From the NCBI GenBank assembly GCA_036170915.1, contig JAVHQC010000024.1:1-56777 (forward strand): a stretch of DNA of 56,777 nt. Direction: 5' to 3'. This document shows, in pieces, positions 8,727-19,124 of this stretch. A program made the translations under genes and the position numbers. The notes under the pieces were generated by a model. The model had not been told where the DNA came from. It searched no databases and saw only the letters and a list, made by a program, of their open reading frames with translations. Each line of letters begins with the position of its first letter. Within the stretch, counting starts at the first letter, position 1. Source of the DNA: Cyanobacteria bacterium auto_48_18. Lineage in GTDB: Bacteria > Cyanobacteriota > Vampirovibrionia > Obscuribacterales > Obscuribacteraceae.

Positions 8727-9263
8727 TTAGCAGGCGAATTCGGCTTTGAGGGCGGCAGCGAAGGCGGCTACGGCCTCTGCATTGGTAAAGAAGCGGATAC
8801 CAAGGGCATCCCAGCGATAGATACCTGTCTCAACATTTCCGGCGTCTACGAAAAATTCTACTTTCAAGCCGCCACCCACTGCTTTTACAGACAGTTCAAA
8901 GGAAGGCTCGGCAGGTTCGAATAAAACCAGGCTGCGTTTGTCTTGAGCCAGATCTTCGAGCTTTTTGGCCAGATCGAGAGCTTCATCTTGCGGGCTGCGG
9001 CAGAGCAAATATGCGTGAGCCACCGATTGAATGTCGCCAACAGCTTCCGACAGGTCATTTTTTTCAAAAGTGCGTTCTTGGGGAGTTTCAAAGCTAAGGC
9101 AACGCGTACCGTTTTCTAAAGTCAGCCGCACATATTGCCAGGTCTGAGTTTCGAGCGGTTTGTCAGCTTGCAAATTTGCTTGCGCATTGATGGAAAATTT
9201 TTCGCCCGCTTCTATAGATAGCGAACTGTGGAAATTTGTATCTTCTGCTTTCAAGGTTGCCAT
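8727..9263 (-). CDS. Hypothetical protein (weak resemblance to WapI-like immunity proteins)
   Basis: ORF 8727..9293, ATG at 9263; C-terminal FEPAEPSFEL...VDAG...FAAALKAEF; co-oriented between mnmE and thrS. Confidence 0.65.
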   Translation of the reverse strand: MATLKAEDTNFHSSLSIEAGEKFSINAQANLQADKPLETQTWQYVRLTLENGTRCLSFETPQERTFEKNDLSEAVGDIQSVAHAYLLCRSPQDEALDLAKKLEDLAQDKRSLVLFEPAEPSFELSVKAVGGGLKVEFFVDAGNVETGIYRWDALGIRFFTNAEAVAAFAAALKAEFAC

Positions 9264-9277
9264 AATTTTTTTCCTGA

Positions 9278-10762
9278 TTATTTGCCGATACAAAAATTGG
9301 CGAAGACTTCGGTGATTACTTCTTCAGTGACCGCCACCCCTGATATTTCGTCAAGTGCGTCAACTGCTTGCCTCAAATCAGTGCCCAGGCAGTCATGTGG
9401 CATTCCACTTTGCACCGCCTGATCAAGATATGCAAGCGATGCCAGAGCCTTGAGGCAAAGCTGCCCCTGGCGCTGATTGAGTGAGCCGCCCAATTCTTGT
9501 ACCGCCGACCCGGCCAGAGCCCACTGTTCGATTGCGGCTTTGAGGTCGTCTATGCCGTGACCATAGCGAGCCGATATATCTATTGGTGTTTCTTGCACAG
9601 CCTGATTGGAGCTCTGCAATTTTCGCGCCGCATTGCTTTCGTCTTTAGCTGTCCAAGATTGCGCAAAACTTTGAGCTTCATCTTTGTCTTTGAGATCGAC
9701 TTTGTTGACCACTATTAAGTATGGTCGCTCAAATTGCAAAAGCCTGGCGGCAATAAATTCTTCTTCGTCGCCCACACCCTGCACACGGTCGATCATAAAG
9801 ACCACCAGATCTGCCTCTTCAATGGCTTTGCTGGTGCGTTCGATGCCAATCATTTCTACTGCGTCTTCGGTGGCCCGTACTCCCGCAGTATCAATTAAAA
9901 TTACGGGAATGCCGTTAACATCTACGGGCTCTTCAATCGAGTCGCGCGTGGTGCCGGGAATATCAGTGACAATAGCGCGCTCGAAATTAAGCATGCGATT
10001 GAGCAAGCTAGATTTGCCGGCATTGGGGCGGCCGACGATGGCCAGTTTCAAGCCTTCTCTTAAGTAGCGCCCGCTGCGAGCGGTTTTCGCCAGTTGAGCC
10101 AGACGACTTTGACAGTCACTGGTAACCTTTTCAATGTCACTGGTGTCAAGGTCGCCCACTTCTTCAGGAAAATCGATACCAGCCACAATGCGCGTTAAAA
10201 GCTCCATTAACTTTGAGCGCACCGCTTTGATTTCTTCTCCCAGTTGGCCTTTCAAAACCGATAATGCAAGCCCTGATTGCCGTTCTGTTTTTGAATGAAT
10301 TAAATCGAGCACTGCTTCAGCCTGGGTCAAATCGATGCGCCCTGATAGAAATCCACGCTTGGTAAATTCACCGGCTGAAGCCAGTCTTGCCCCCAGTGCG
10401 AGAGCCAATGTCAGTATTTCCCTCGTGACAATGGGCGAGCCGTGGCAGTTAATTTCCACCAGGTCTTCACCGGTATAACTGTTCGGTCCTTGATAAGGAA
10501 TGAGCACGACTTCGTCAATGAACCGCCCGGCATCGGCACCTTCGGGGCGTTGCACAATGAAGCCGATGGTGGCAGTGTGGCTTTTAGGCTGCCACTCGGC
10601 AGGTGCATTTAAATCAGGCGCAGCGGCCGTGCGGGGAAGAAATATTTTTTGCGCGATGGTAAAGGCCTGAGGGCCTGAAAGTCTTACTATGGCTATAGCT
10701 CCCACTCCCGGAGGGGTGGAAAGGGCTGTGATGGTCTCATCATTAATTGAACTGGCAAACAT
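9278..10762 (-). CDS. mnmE: tRNA modification GTPase MnmE
   Basis: GAIAIVRLSG, SYTGEDLVEINCHG, GRPNAGKSSL, GTTRD, DTAG, NKVD, C-terminal FCIGK; ATG at 10762 preferred over 10810. Confidence 0.97.
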   Translation of the reverse strand: MFASSINDETITALSTPPGVGAIAIVRLSGPQAFTIAQKIFLPRTAAAPDLNAPAEWQPKSHTATIGFIVQRPEGADAGRFIDEVVLIPYQGPNSYTGEDLVEINCHGSPIVTREILTLALALGARLASAGEFTKRGFLSGRIDLTQAEAVLDLIHSKTERQSGLALSVLKGQLGEEIKAVRSKLMELLTRIVAGIDFPEEVGDLDTSDIEKVTSDCQSRLAQLAKTARSGRYLREGLKLAIVGRPNAGKSSLLNRMLNFERAIVTDIPGTTRDSIEEPVDVNGIPVILIDTAGVRATEDAVEMIGIERTSKAIEEADLVVFMIDRVQGVGDEEEFIAARLLQFERPYLIVVNKVDLKDKDEAQSFAQSWTAKDESNAARKLQSSNQAVQETPIDISARYGHGIDDLKAAIEQWALAGSAVQELGGSLNQRQGQLCLKALASLAYLDQAVQSGMPHDCLGTDLRQAVDALDEISGVAVTEEVITEVFANFCIGK

Positions 10763-10865
10763 TTTTATTTCTGAAAAAGCACTTGAAGTACTTGAAAGTA
10801 AGCTGAACACGATGGTAGTATCTCACATCGTTTTGGCGCTCCAGTTGAGCACTTTAGGTAAAAGC

Positions 10866-11333
10866 ATGAATAAAGCAGAACTCGTAAATCAAGTAGCAAA
10901 AGCTACAGGGCAAACCAAGTTAAATGTACAGAATACCGTCGCATCTCTTCTTTACTCGCTGACTAGCGCGTTGGCAAAAGGTGAAAGAGTTACGTTGGTT
11001 GGTTTCGGCACTTTCGAGCGTCGTCAAAGACAAGCTCGTTATGGTGTTAATCCGCAAAATCCAAAGCAAAAGCTCAAGATTGAAGCGGCTAAAGTTCCAG
11101 TTTTTAGAGCTGGTCAAGAACTGAAAGATATCACTGATGGCAGAGCAAAATTGCCTAATCTTCCTAAGGCTGTAATGGCTGCAGAAGATAAGCCAGCTAA
11201 AAAATCTGCTGCAAAACCAGCTGCTAAGAAAAGCGCGGCCAAAAAGCCTGCAGCTAAAAAGGCTGCTGCTAAGCCAGCCAAAAAAGCTGCTCCAGCTAAG
11301 AAAAAGCCAGTAGCGAAGAAGAAGAAACGCTAG
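10866..11333 (+). CDS. hup: HU family DNA-binding protein with Lys/Ala/Pro-rich C-terminal tail
   Basis: MNKAELV...VTLVGFGTFE...GVNPQ...VPVFRAG followed by PAKK/AAKK repeats; start ATG 10866. Confidence 0.93.
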   Translation: MNKAELVNQVAKATGQTKLNVQNTVASLLYSLTSALAKGERVTLVGFGTFERRQRQARYGVNPQNPKQKLKIEAAKVPVFRAGQELKDITDGRAKLPNLPKAVMAAEDKPAKKSAAKPAAKKSAAKKPAAKKAAAKPAKKAAPAKKKPVAKKKKR

Positions 11334-11358
11334 TTTCTAATTCTGGCTCAGTGTTCTT

Positions 11359-11390
11359 AAAAGAGGCCCCCAAGGGCCTCTTTTTTCTTT
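11359..11390. terminator. Bidirectional intrinsic terminator
   Basis: AAAAGAGGCCC-CCAA-GGGCCTCTTTTTT between convergent hup and membrane-protein gene. Confidence 0.9.
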
Positions 11391-11400
11391 TACGCAGTCC

Positions 11401-11772
11401 CTAATTTGTTTTGTTCTTGTGAAACCAAACTTTCCCGGATGGCGTAAATAGCAAAATGATGGCGTATAGCTGAATTAGGGTTTGAATCAATAGAACAATG
11501 AATTCCATGCGGCTGAAATTCAAAGTGGCCAGCACTGGTAAGCCTATTGCGAACAGTACAGTATTGGTAATGCGCGCCCAGTTCTTACCGGCGGAGATTT
11601 TGACGATAAGCAGCGCTATGATAGCTTGGGTCGAAAGCACAATTGCAACAGTCAAAAGGCCGTCTCCGAATCCTTCCACCGGTGAACCCTTAAATACTAA
11701 TTGAATCAAGCCAAAGACAAGGCTCAGCCACATCAAATTTACTGCGAGAACAACATCTTTCGGTTTTTCCAT
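11401..11772 (-). CDS. Small hypothetical membrane protein (about 4 TM)
   Basis: Hydrophobic segments with GKNWARI loop; ATG with AGGA SD. Confidence 0.75.
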   Translation of the reverse strand: MEKPKDVVLAVNLMWLSLVFGLIQLVFKGSPVEGFGDGLLTVAIVLSTQAIIALLIVKISAGKNWARITNTVLFAIGLPVLATLNFSRMEFIVLLIQTLIQLYAIILLFTPSGKVWFHKNKTN

Positions 11773-11809
11773 TGCTATTCCTGATTGAGATATATTTCTT
11801 GCTAAGCGA

Positions 11810-12424
11810 CTAATTTTTCAGGTAACGCAAAACATTGATGCTGATGAAATTTACCAGGGCGTGGGCAACAATGGGAGCAATAATTGAACCACTGCCGCTC
11901 ATGACAAAACTCATCACCAGACCCACTAGTAGAGCCCAGACGGCATAGGGGAAATAGTAAAACGAAGGTAGATGAGCCAGGCCAAAGCACGTAGCGGAAA
12001 GGGCGATTCCGCCAGTGGTCTCAAGTATGCCGCGAAAGAAAATTTCTTCGCAGAGGCCAGATGCCAGGGAAACAAGGATGCTATCCATAACAGTCAGTCG
12101 GCTGAAAAGCGGCATCATCTCTTTTTTCAGTAAATCATGCATTGATTGAAAAACAAAAAAACGATTTAATTTCTGGCAAAGGTAAAGCAAAAGCAGATTT
12201 GAAGCCGAAATCGCCAGGCCGGCGGATAGGCCCCAAACAAGAGCGCTCCAGTTAAAGCGAAAGAGATAGCGCAAATCAACCTGGGCGAAATAGCTCCAGA
12301 TGGTGGTAATCAGCAAAAACAGCGCTTCTACCACGATGATCACGGTGACTATAGTTTGACGATCAAATTGTTTACCGAGGGCGGCGTGCAATTCGCTGTC
12401 TTCTTTAGTTTCAGGCATTGGCAT
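11810..12424 (-). CDS. CPBP (CAAX/Abi) family intramembrane glutamic endopeptidase
   Basis: EEIFFRG, FGLAH, HALVN motifs; multi-TM; overlaps truB 3' end. Confidence 0.9.
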   Translation of the reverse strand: MPMPETKEDSELHAALGKQFDRQTIVTVIIVVEALFLLITTIWSYFAQVDLRYLFRFNWSALVWGLSAGLAISASNLLLLYLCQKLNRFFVFQSMHDLLKKEMMPLFSRLTVMDSILVSLASGLCEEIFFRGILETTGGIALSATCFGLAHLPSFYYFPYAVWALLVGLVMSFVMSGSGSIIAPIVAHALVNFISINVLRYLKN

Positions 12425-13382
12425 GGCCGAAGACGACCTCCGGACTGATGACGCAACAGCCGTCTGTTTCGTTGACCTCGGCTATCAAGCCAACTACTAC
12501 TGCTCGGCAATCTTGCATAACTAAAACAAATTGCCCGACAACAGGTAGAACAGGGACATCCATTGGAATTGGAATTTGAATTTTCTGACCTAAAAATAAT
12601 TTGGTTACTAGATCATCGCTCAGCGTAATTTGCCTCAGCGGCAGAGCTTCTTCAATGGCAGTAAGTGACGAATCAGATTGTTCAGTGGGCACACTGGCAT
12701 TTTTGCTCTCGGCCAGTTGTTCTAAAGTAATTGATTTACTCAAATGGAAATTTCCTGATCGTTCGCGCACCAGTGATTTAAGTGTGCCTCCAACTTCCAG
12801 AGCCGCCCCTAAATCGCGAGCAATTGAGCGAATGTAGGTGCCTTTTGAGCAGCTTACTCTTACAGTCACCACCGGTAGCTCTACTTTAACCAGATCAATG
12901 GCATCGACTACCACTTCTCGTTCAGGTATTTCAATGCCCAGTGCTTTTAAATCGGCTCCTGAGCGAGCCAGTTTATAGAGCCTTTCACCTTTGACTTGAA
13001 TGGCACTATAAATGGGTGGAATCTGGGTGATTGCTCCACGAAAATTTGCCAGAGCGGCAGTTACAGAATCAATCGAAAGCGATGATGGTAATTCTTTGCT
13101 CTCGATAACAGCGCCTTCCATATCGTCGGTTTCAGTTTGCACCCCGAGTAAAATTTCTGCCAGATAGGTTTTATCGTCAGCAAGAAAACGCAGCAAGCGT
13201 GTGGCTTTACCGCATGCCACCACCATTACCCCTGAAGCCAGTGGGTCAAGTGTGCCGGCGTGGCCAACTTGTTTGATTTGGGTAATTTTGCGCACTCGTG
13301 CCACCACGTCGTGCGAAGTGATACCAACCGGTTTATTGATATTGAAAAAGCCGGGTGTCGCGGCTTTGACGTTAGACTTCAC
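12411..13382 (-). CDS. truB: tRNA pseudouridine(55) synthase
   Basis: KPVGITSHD, VGHAGTLDPLASG, PPIYSA, CSKGTYIRS. Confidence 0.97.
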   Translation of the reverse strand: MKSNVKAATPGFFNINKPVGITSHDVVARVRKITQIKQVGHAGTLDPLASGVMVVACGKATRLLRFLADDKTYLAEILLGVQTETDDMEGAVIESKELPSSLSIDSVTAALANFRGAITQIPPIYSAIQVKGERLYKLARSGADLKALGIEIPEREVVVDAIDLVKVELPVVTVRVSCSKGTYIRSIARDLGAALEVGGTLKSLVRERSGNFHLSKSITLEQLAESKNASVPTEQSDSSLTAIEEALPLRQITLSDDLVTKLFLGQKIQIPIPMDVPVLPVVGQFVLVMQDCRAVVVGLIAEVNETDGCCVISPEVVFGHANA

Positions 13383-13845
13383 CGCGTGAAATTTTGCCGA
13401 GCAAATCAGTGACTTTAGAACCGCGCTCTAATGACGTGTCTAATTTAAACTGCATTTCGGGAGCAAAGCGTAATCCGAGACGGCGACAAATTTCGCCGCG
13501 AATATAACCGCTTTGCTCATTCAAACATTCTACGACTTTTTCAGCTGCCAAATCAGCCGCGGCCTCAGCACTGAGGGGCGGTTTGCCACCAGCTTTGGTT
13601 TGATTTTGTTCGGCTTGATCTTCTGGTTTTCCCGCTGGTTTATCACCAGCAACAGCCCCAACTTCAGTTTTAATTGGCGCAAAAACTGAGATGTGCACTT
13701 TAGTGGAGCGCAAATCAGAAGTGCATTCCACTTCAGTAATTGAAATCATACCGGTGAGGCGCTCATCTCTGAGATCGCGCTGAATCATCTCGGCTAGCTC
13801 TTTTTTGATCGATTGAGAAACTCTCAAGGCACGCTCAGCTGTCAT
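13372..13845 (-). CDS. rbfA: Ribosome-binding factor A (with internal low-complexity insertion)
   Basis: RALRVSQSIKKEL, LRDERL, SITEV, LRFAPEMQFKLDTSLERG; between infB and truB. Confidence 0.93.
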   Translation of the reverse strand: MTAERALRVSQSIKKELAEMIQRDLRDERLTGMISITEVECTSDLRSTKVHISVFAPIKTEVGAVAGDKPAGKPEDQAEQNQTKAGGKPPLSAEAAADLAAEKVVECLNEQSGYIRGEICRRLGLRFAPEMQFKLDTSLERGSKVTDLLGKISRGEV

Positions 13846-13869
13846 GGCGAACCTCCTTTTGTTTTTTAT

Positions 13870-16785
13870 TTAGTTGTTTGGAATTTCGCCGCGTCTGGTT
13901 TCGGTGATGACGAAGAAATTGACCTTGTCGCCAATTTGCAAATCGGTAAACTTCTCGAAGCTCATGCCGCATTCAAAGCCGGTAGCCACTTCTTTAACGT
14001 CGTCCTTAAAGCGCTTGAGAGTGTCAAGCTTACCTTCCCAGACCTGAGTACCGGCCCGTTCAACTCGAGCGATAGCGCCGCGCTGAACTTTGCCGTTCAA
14101 GACCATACAACCGGCAATCATGGTGCCTTTGCCAACTTTGAAGATCTGGCGCACTTCGGCCTGGCCGATGTTCACTTCTTCTCTGATTGGTTTGAGCAAG
14201 CCTTGAATGGCGCGAGTGAGGTCGTCTGTAATTTGATAGATGATGCTGTAGGTGCGAATATCTACACCCTGAGCGTCGGCTACTTTGCTGGCGTTCTGGT
14301 CAGGGTTGACATTGAAGCCCACAATAATTGCATTAGAAGATGCAGCCAGGTTGACGTCGTTTTCGGAGATGTCACCAGATGCGGTGCGCAAGACTCTTAC
14401 TTGCACTTCTGAAGAAGTCAGTTTGCGAATTTGATCGGCGATCGCTTCAGCTGTACCTTGTACGTCCGCTTTGACGATGACGTTCAAATCTTTCACTTCA
14501 CCGGCTTCGATCATCTCGTGCAATGATTCGAGAGTGACGTGGTGCTGCGAACGAGCTTCAGGGCTACGACGCGACTCGGCCATTACTTTCATTGCTTGAG
14601 CGTCACTGACTACTTCAAAGCGGTCACCGGCTTGTGGTACTTCGTCAAGACCAAGTACTTCTACAGGCATTGAAGGACCAGCCGCTTTTACACGTTGACC
14701 ACGATCATCAAACAGGGCGCGAACACGGCCGCATTTGCTGCCGGCAACGATAAAGTCGCCTTCACGCAATGTGCCATTTTCAACCAGCGCTGTGGCAACG
14801 GCACCTTTGCCTTTATTAAGTTCGGCTTCAATAATGACGCCTACAGCCGGTTTGTCAGGGTTGGCGCGCAGATCAAGAATGTCTGAAACCAGTAAGACCA
14901 TTTCTAAAAGCTCGTCTAAACCGGTTCGTTTCTTAGCTGAAACCATACAAGTAACGGTTTCGCCGCCGAATTTTTCAGCCACCAGGTCATAAGTCATTAA
15001 CTGATTGAGCACGCGGTCCGGATCAGCTTCGTGCTTATCGACTTTGTTCACGGCAACGATAATTTGTACGCCCGCCGCTTTAACGTGGTCGATAGCTTCG
15101 ATGGTTTGCGGCATCACACCGTCATCGGCAGCTACCACGAGAATGGCTATGTCAGTAACTTTGGCTCCACGAGCGCGCATGGCGGTGAAAGCTTCGTGGC
15201 CGGGAGTGTCGAGGAAGACAATCTGGCGCATGTGGCCTTCTTTGTCTGGCACTTCCACGTGATAGGCACCAATGTGCTGAGTGATACCACCATGTTCGGC
15301 GTCGGTGAGCAAGAATTTGGTTTGTCTGATGGCGTCGAGCAAACTGGTTTTGCCGTGGTCGACGTGACCCATAATTGTCACTACCGGCGGACGATTTACC
15401 AGAGCAGCTTGCTCTTCATCTGTCAGTACGGCGATTTCTTCAACAGCAACTTCTGCATTTTCTTCAGCTGAAAGTACTTCGTATTCCATTTCAATGGCCA
15501 GCTCTTTGGCCAATTCAAATTCAACCATCATATTGACGGTGCGAGCGATGCCTTTCATGAAGAGGCGTTTGATCACCTCAGTGTCAGGCACTCCCATTTT
15601 TGCCGCCAGTTCTTGCACGGTGACATTGGTGGCAATAACAATTGATTTTGGAATTTCAGGAACGGCAGCGACTTTCTTTTCTTCTTTTTTAGGCGCATGG
15701 CGCTCAGAAGGATTAGGTCTGTGTGATTTTGGTGGCCGTGGTGGAGTGGCGCGCATGGAAGGAGCAGCAACGCGAGTGGGCACCGATGGCGACATAGGAC
15801 GTACGCCCTGGCCGCGATTGGCATCGCCATCTTCTTTGCTGTCTTTTTTCTTGGCTTTCGGGTCTGGCTTTGCTTCCGGTTTAGGCGGTTCTTTGGCTGC
15901 CGGAGGCTCGACTACTACCGCTTTTGGCGCAATGTCGAGGTTGCGGATTTTTCTTGGTGAAAACTTAGATTCATCAGACCATTCGTTGCCTGTGGCTCTT
16001 GGTTGAAGAGCGGGCATTTCGATTTCATTTGATTCGGGCTGGAAAGAAATCGCTTCGCCGGCTTTTTCAGTTGCTGGTGGGGGCGTCTCTATCGGTTCAG
16101 CTTTTAAAGCGGCAGGTTGCTGCTGTTGTTGTTGCTGTTGTTCAGAAGTTGCAGCTGATGCTGCTTCTTGGAGTTGCACCGCAGGCGTGTCGCGAACAGC
16201 CGTGAGTTGAGAATTAGGGGCAGTGACAGGAGCTGTTGCTGGCAATGGTTGTCCTTGGTTTGAGGGCTGAGCTGTTGAAGTTGCGGTGCCACCATTTGGA
16301 GTGGCGGCTGCTTGCGGTTGCGCTCTATCAATGCTTGATGCGGCACTGCTTGCTGCAGCACTGCTCGCTGCGGCATTGCCGCTACCTGCAGGTATCGCAT
16401 GTGAGGCTGAAGTGCCGGCGGCGTCGCCGATTGGTAAAAATTGTGGAGTGGGAACCGTACCGTCGGCATTTGGCTCAGGTTTTTTGTAGCGTGACAAAAC
16501 TCGAGGCTTGACTACGGCTGGTTGTGGAGGTGGTGGCAGAGCTGCTGCTTTGCCGGCTTTGGCGGGAGCCGCTGCCGGTGCCGCCTTGGTGGCCTTTTTG
16601 TCTCCACCCTCAGCTTTCTGCTTTTTCTTGTCAAAAGCAGCAATCAACTGGCCAACGCCAACTTTGTCAACGGTGCTGGAATGACTCTTTATGTCGTAAC
16701 CAAGTTCGCGCAAAGTGTCAATGATGTCTTGGTTAGAGACATTCATCTTGCGCGCCAACTCATAGATTCGAACTCTGTCGTCCAT
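13870..16785 (-). CDS. infB: Translation initiation factor IF-2
   Basis: RIYELA N-domain, [43 protein letters not shown]. Confidence 0.98.
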   Translation of the reverse strand: MDDRVRIYELARKMNVSNQDIIDTLRELGYDIKSHSSTVDKVGVGQLIAAFDKKKQKAEGGDKKATKAAPAAAPAKAGKAAALPPPPQPAVVKPRVLSRYKKPEPNADGTVPTPQFLPIGDAAGTSASHAIPAGSGNAAASSAAASSAASSIDRAQPQAAATPNGGTATSTAQPSNQGQPLPATAPVTAPNSQLTAVRDTPAVQLQEAASAATSEQQQQQQQQPAALKAEPIETPPPATEKAGEAISFQPESNEIEMPALQPRATGNEWSDESKFSPRKIRNLDIAPKAVVVEPPAAKEPPKPEAKPDPKAKKKDSKEDGDANRGQGVRPMSPSVPTRVAAPSMRATPPRPPKSHRPNPSERHAPKKEEKKVAAVPEIPKSIVIATNVTVQELAAKMGVPDTEVIKRLFMKGIARTVNMMVEFELAKELAIEMEYEVLSAEENAEVAVEEIAVLTDEEQAALVNRPPVVTIMGHVDHGKTSLLDAIRQTKFLLTDAEHGGITQHIGAYHVEVPDKEGHMRQIVFLDTPGHEAFTAMRARGAKVTDIAILVVAADDGVMPQTIEAIDHVKAAGVQIIVAVNKVDKHEADPDRVLNQLMTYDLVAEKFGGETVTCMVSAKKRTGLDELLEMVLLVSDILDLRANPDKPAVGVIIEAELNKGKGAVATALVENGTLREGDFIVAGSKCGRVRALFDDRGQRVKAAGPSMPVEVLGLDEVPQAGDRFEVVSDAQAMKVMAESRRSPEARSQHHVTLESLHEMIEAGEVKDLNVIVKADVQGTAEAIADQIRKLTSSEVQVRVLRTASGDISENDVNLAASSNAIIVGFNVNPDQNASKVADAQGVDIRTYSIIYQITDDLTRAIQGLLKPIREEVNIGQAEVRQIFKVGKGTMIAGCMVLNGKVQRGAIARVERAGTQVWEGKLDTLKRFKDDVKEVATGFECGMSFEKFTDLQIGDKVNFFVITETRRGEIPNN

Positions 16786-17160
16786 TCAGCCCTCTCCGTA
16801 TATCAGCATATTTTGGCATGTTTTTGCCGATTCTGGGCATTCTCGCCACAGTGCCTGGATAAGTTGTGCTTCAAGCGGCCAAGCCACTTTGCGTAAGCTC
16901 GCTACACCCTTCTTCCTGCGGCCTTCCAGGGCGTGTTTCAATTTCGTAGTCTTTAGTGCGATTTCGAGACATTGCGAAGTACGACAGACATATGCCGAGC
17001 GACCAAACAGTTGAGGGCCGGCTTTTGGGCCGGCCTGCTCAGTGCTGTTGATATCGAGTTTGGCGGTTGCCTGGTCGTAAGTTAAGCGAATCAGCTCAAG
17101 GCGTTCTTTTAGCTTACGGCAAGCTATACACAGTCTCAGTCTTGGTTTTGTCGTCGAAAT
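16786..17160 (-). CDS. ylxR: YlxR/RnpM (DUF448) family RNA-binding protein, absent from the ORF track; probable ATT start
   Basis: Manual translation (I/M)STTKPRLRLCIACRKLKERLELIRL...LFGRSAYVC...CLEIALK...; CxxCR and GRxAY motifs; canonical nusA-ylxR-infB position; TGA at 16788-16786 abuts the infB ATG. Confidence 0.9.
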   Translation of the reverse strand: MSTTKPRLRLCIACRKLKERLELIRLTYDQATAKLDINSTEQAGPKAGPQLFGRSAYVCRTSQCLEIALKTTKLKHALEGRRKKGVASLRKVAWPLEAQLIQALWRECPESAKTCQNMLIYGEG

Positions 17161-17175
17161 CTTGAACGCTAGCCT

Positions 17176-18309
17176 TTATGTGGTGAGCTCGTCAAGAGTC
17201 TGGTTCATGTTACGGAATGAACCACCAGCTTGGCTCTCAGACTTGATGTCGATTTTCCAGCCAGTCAACTTGGCGGCCAGACGAACGTTTTGACCGCCTC
17301 TACCGATGGCCAGGCTCAGTTGATCGTCAGGAACGATTACTTCGGCCCGGCGACCGCTGCTTTCTGGTTGTTCTTCGTAAAGAGCAACCGTCGTGATGCG
17401 GGCTGGCGATAGGGCATTGGAGATGTAGTCGACGGGGTCTGTCGAATAACGAATGACGTCGATTTTTTCGTTGCGCAGTTCGGCCACAACGTTTTGAATG
17501 CGCACGCCCCGGGTGCCGATACAGGCGCCCACTGGGTCAACGTCTGAGTCTTCAGAGTGGACGGCAATCTTTGTACGATAGCCGGCTTCGCGGGCGATTG
17601 ATTTTATTTCTACAGTGCTGTCTTCAATTTCAGGTACGTAGAGCTCGAACAATTCGCGCACCAGCTCAGGATGAGCTTGGGAGACGATAATTTGCGGTAC
17701 GCGGCCTGTATCTCTCAGTTCGAGAACATAAACACGCACACGGTTGCCCACGCGATAAGTTTCACCAGGCAGCTGTTCGCGGCTTGGCATGCAGCCTTCC
17801 ACGCGACCGAGGTTGACGATCACATTGTTTCGCGAGTTGCTGATCACTTCGATTCTTTCGATCTGACCAGTGGTGCAGCTGCCTTTGCGAGCTTCGAATT
17901 CTTTCTTGATTAATTCTTTTTCGGCTTCTCTCAATCGCTGAGTAATCAGCTGTTTAGCTGTCTGAGCGGCGATACGTCCGAATTCAGAAAAGTCTTGGGG
18001 TGTAACTTCGATTTCCAGAACTTCGCCCACAGTTACGTCTGGAATTAAGTCTTGAGCATCACCAAGACTAATTTCGTGATACTCGTTAGCGACTTTATCA
18101 ACAACTTCTTTAGGGGCAAAGATGCCGATTTCACCGGTCTCGGTATCAAAAATTGCTCTTACGCCTTCCACGTCATGGTCGGGCACTTTTTTCTTGTAGG
18201 CCGCAACAATGGCGTCGCAAACGTAGGAGATGAATTCCTCTTGAGGAATATTCCGGTCCCTTTCAAGCTCCTCAGCAGCTTCAAGGAGTTTGTCGCCAAT
18301 TTTAATCAC
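17176..18309 (-). CDS. nusA: Transcription termination/antitermination factor NusA
   Basis: FGRIAAQTAKQ, S1 and KH domains, AREAGYRTKIAV, LSLAIGRGGQNVRLA. Confidence 0.98.
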   Translation of the reverse strand: MIKIGDKLLEAAEELERDRNIPQEEFISYVCDAIVAAYKKKVPDHDVEGVRAIFDTETGEIGIFAPKEVVDKVANEYHEISLGDAQDLIPDVTVGEVLEIEVTPQDFSEFGRIAAQTAKQLITQRLREAEKELIKKEFEARKGSCTTGQIERIEVISNSRNNVIVNLGRVEGCMPSREQLPGETYRVGNRVRVYVLELRDTGRVPQIIVSQAHPELVRELFELYVPEIEDSTVEIKSIAREAGYRTKIAVHSEDSDVDPVGACIGTRGVRIQNVVAELRNEKIDVIRYSTDPVDYISNALSPARITTVALYEEQPESSGRRAEVIVPDDQLSLAIGRGGQNVRLAAKLTGWKIDIKSESQAGGSFRNMNQTLDELTT

Positions 18310-19060
18310 GTTCTACCTCCACCTTATTTTTTTGTTTTTTTGTATTTAGTTGTGCGTTTGTTTTTGGAGTAGCTTCACAGCTGAGCTCATGTAATTCAAC
18401 ATTTGATTGTGCGTCCAAATCGATTAGTTGTTCGCCTAGTTCGGGTAGTTCGCCTTCATCAATGGTGCTGATTTCTTTGAATTTCTTTTGTAAGTCAGGA
18501 TAAAGTCTGACTTGAATCACTTGCTTAAGTGGCACCTTCAGCTCTTTTACAGGTGGCATTGTGTTTTTGTTGGCCGCATGTTTCTTGCTGTTTTTGCTTT
18601 TTGTGGGCGCGCTCTGAATTGGCCCCAGCTCACTCAATGTAATAAATTCGTCGCTGAAACTATTGAGTTTGGCGACAAAATGCTGGCCATAGGGATCAGC
18701 ACCAACATTGGTTTTAGTCTTTACTTCGACGCGCCTGCCGCAGAAAATTTTGTATTCGCGTGCATTTTTTAAAATGCGATCGATACCAGGGCTGGCTACA
18801 TCTAAAAGAAACGGCCCATGGAAAAAGTCTAGGCCATCAGCAATTACTTCAATGCGGCTATCAAGTTCGCGGCTCACTTTCTCGCAATCGGAAAGGCCTA
18901 CTTTGCCTTCCGGATTATAGATAGTGATTTCAATAATCTTTTGCCGACCGTGCTGACCAAAATGAATATCAACTAATTCGAAGCCGAGGCGTTTCACCAC
19001 TTCTTCAGTTAGTTCTGTAACTTTTTTAATTGCTTGGTCAGCGTTTTTGCTGTCGGGCAC
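18302..19060 (-). CDS. rimP: Ribosome maturation factor RimP (start uncertain, GTG 19060 or nearby TTG)
   Basis: GFELVD, DCEKVSR, LDVASPGIDRIL; first gene of the nusA-infB operon. Confidence 0.9.
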   Translation of the reverse strand: MPDSKNADQAIKKVTELTEEVVKRLGFELVDIHFGQHGRQKIIEITIYNPEGKVGLSDCEKVSRELDSRIEVIADGLDFFHGPFLLDVASPGIDRILKNAREYKIFCGRRVEVKTKTNVGADPYGQHFVAKLNSFSDEFITLSELGPIQSAPTKSKNSKKHAANKNTMPPVKELKVPLKQVIQVRLYPDLQKKFKEISTIDEGELPELGEQLIDLDAQSNVELHELSCEATPKTNAQLNTKKQKNKVEVERD

Positions 19061-19124
19061 GGACAATACCAAAGTGAAGTTGCAAGCGATGAGTGCCTGG
19101 TGGGTGCAAATTATGCACAAACAC

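Noticed and set aside
10689..10865. 59-aa N-terminal extension of HU and upstream extension of MnmE in the ORF track
   Set aside because: Conserved HU start MNKAEL is at 10866 and mnmE fits ATG 10762; the extensions are longest-ORF artefacts
13813..16896. Many long + strand ORFs antisense to infB (and similar ones opposite thrS, nusA, ybeY and ALDH)
   Set aside because: Shadow ORFs of strongly codon-biased genes with no recognisable motifs
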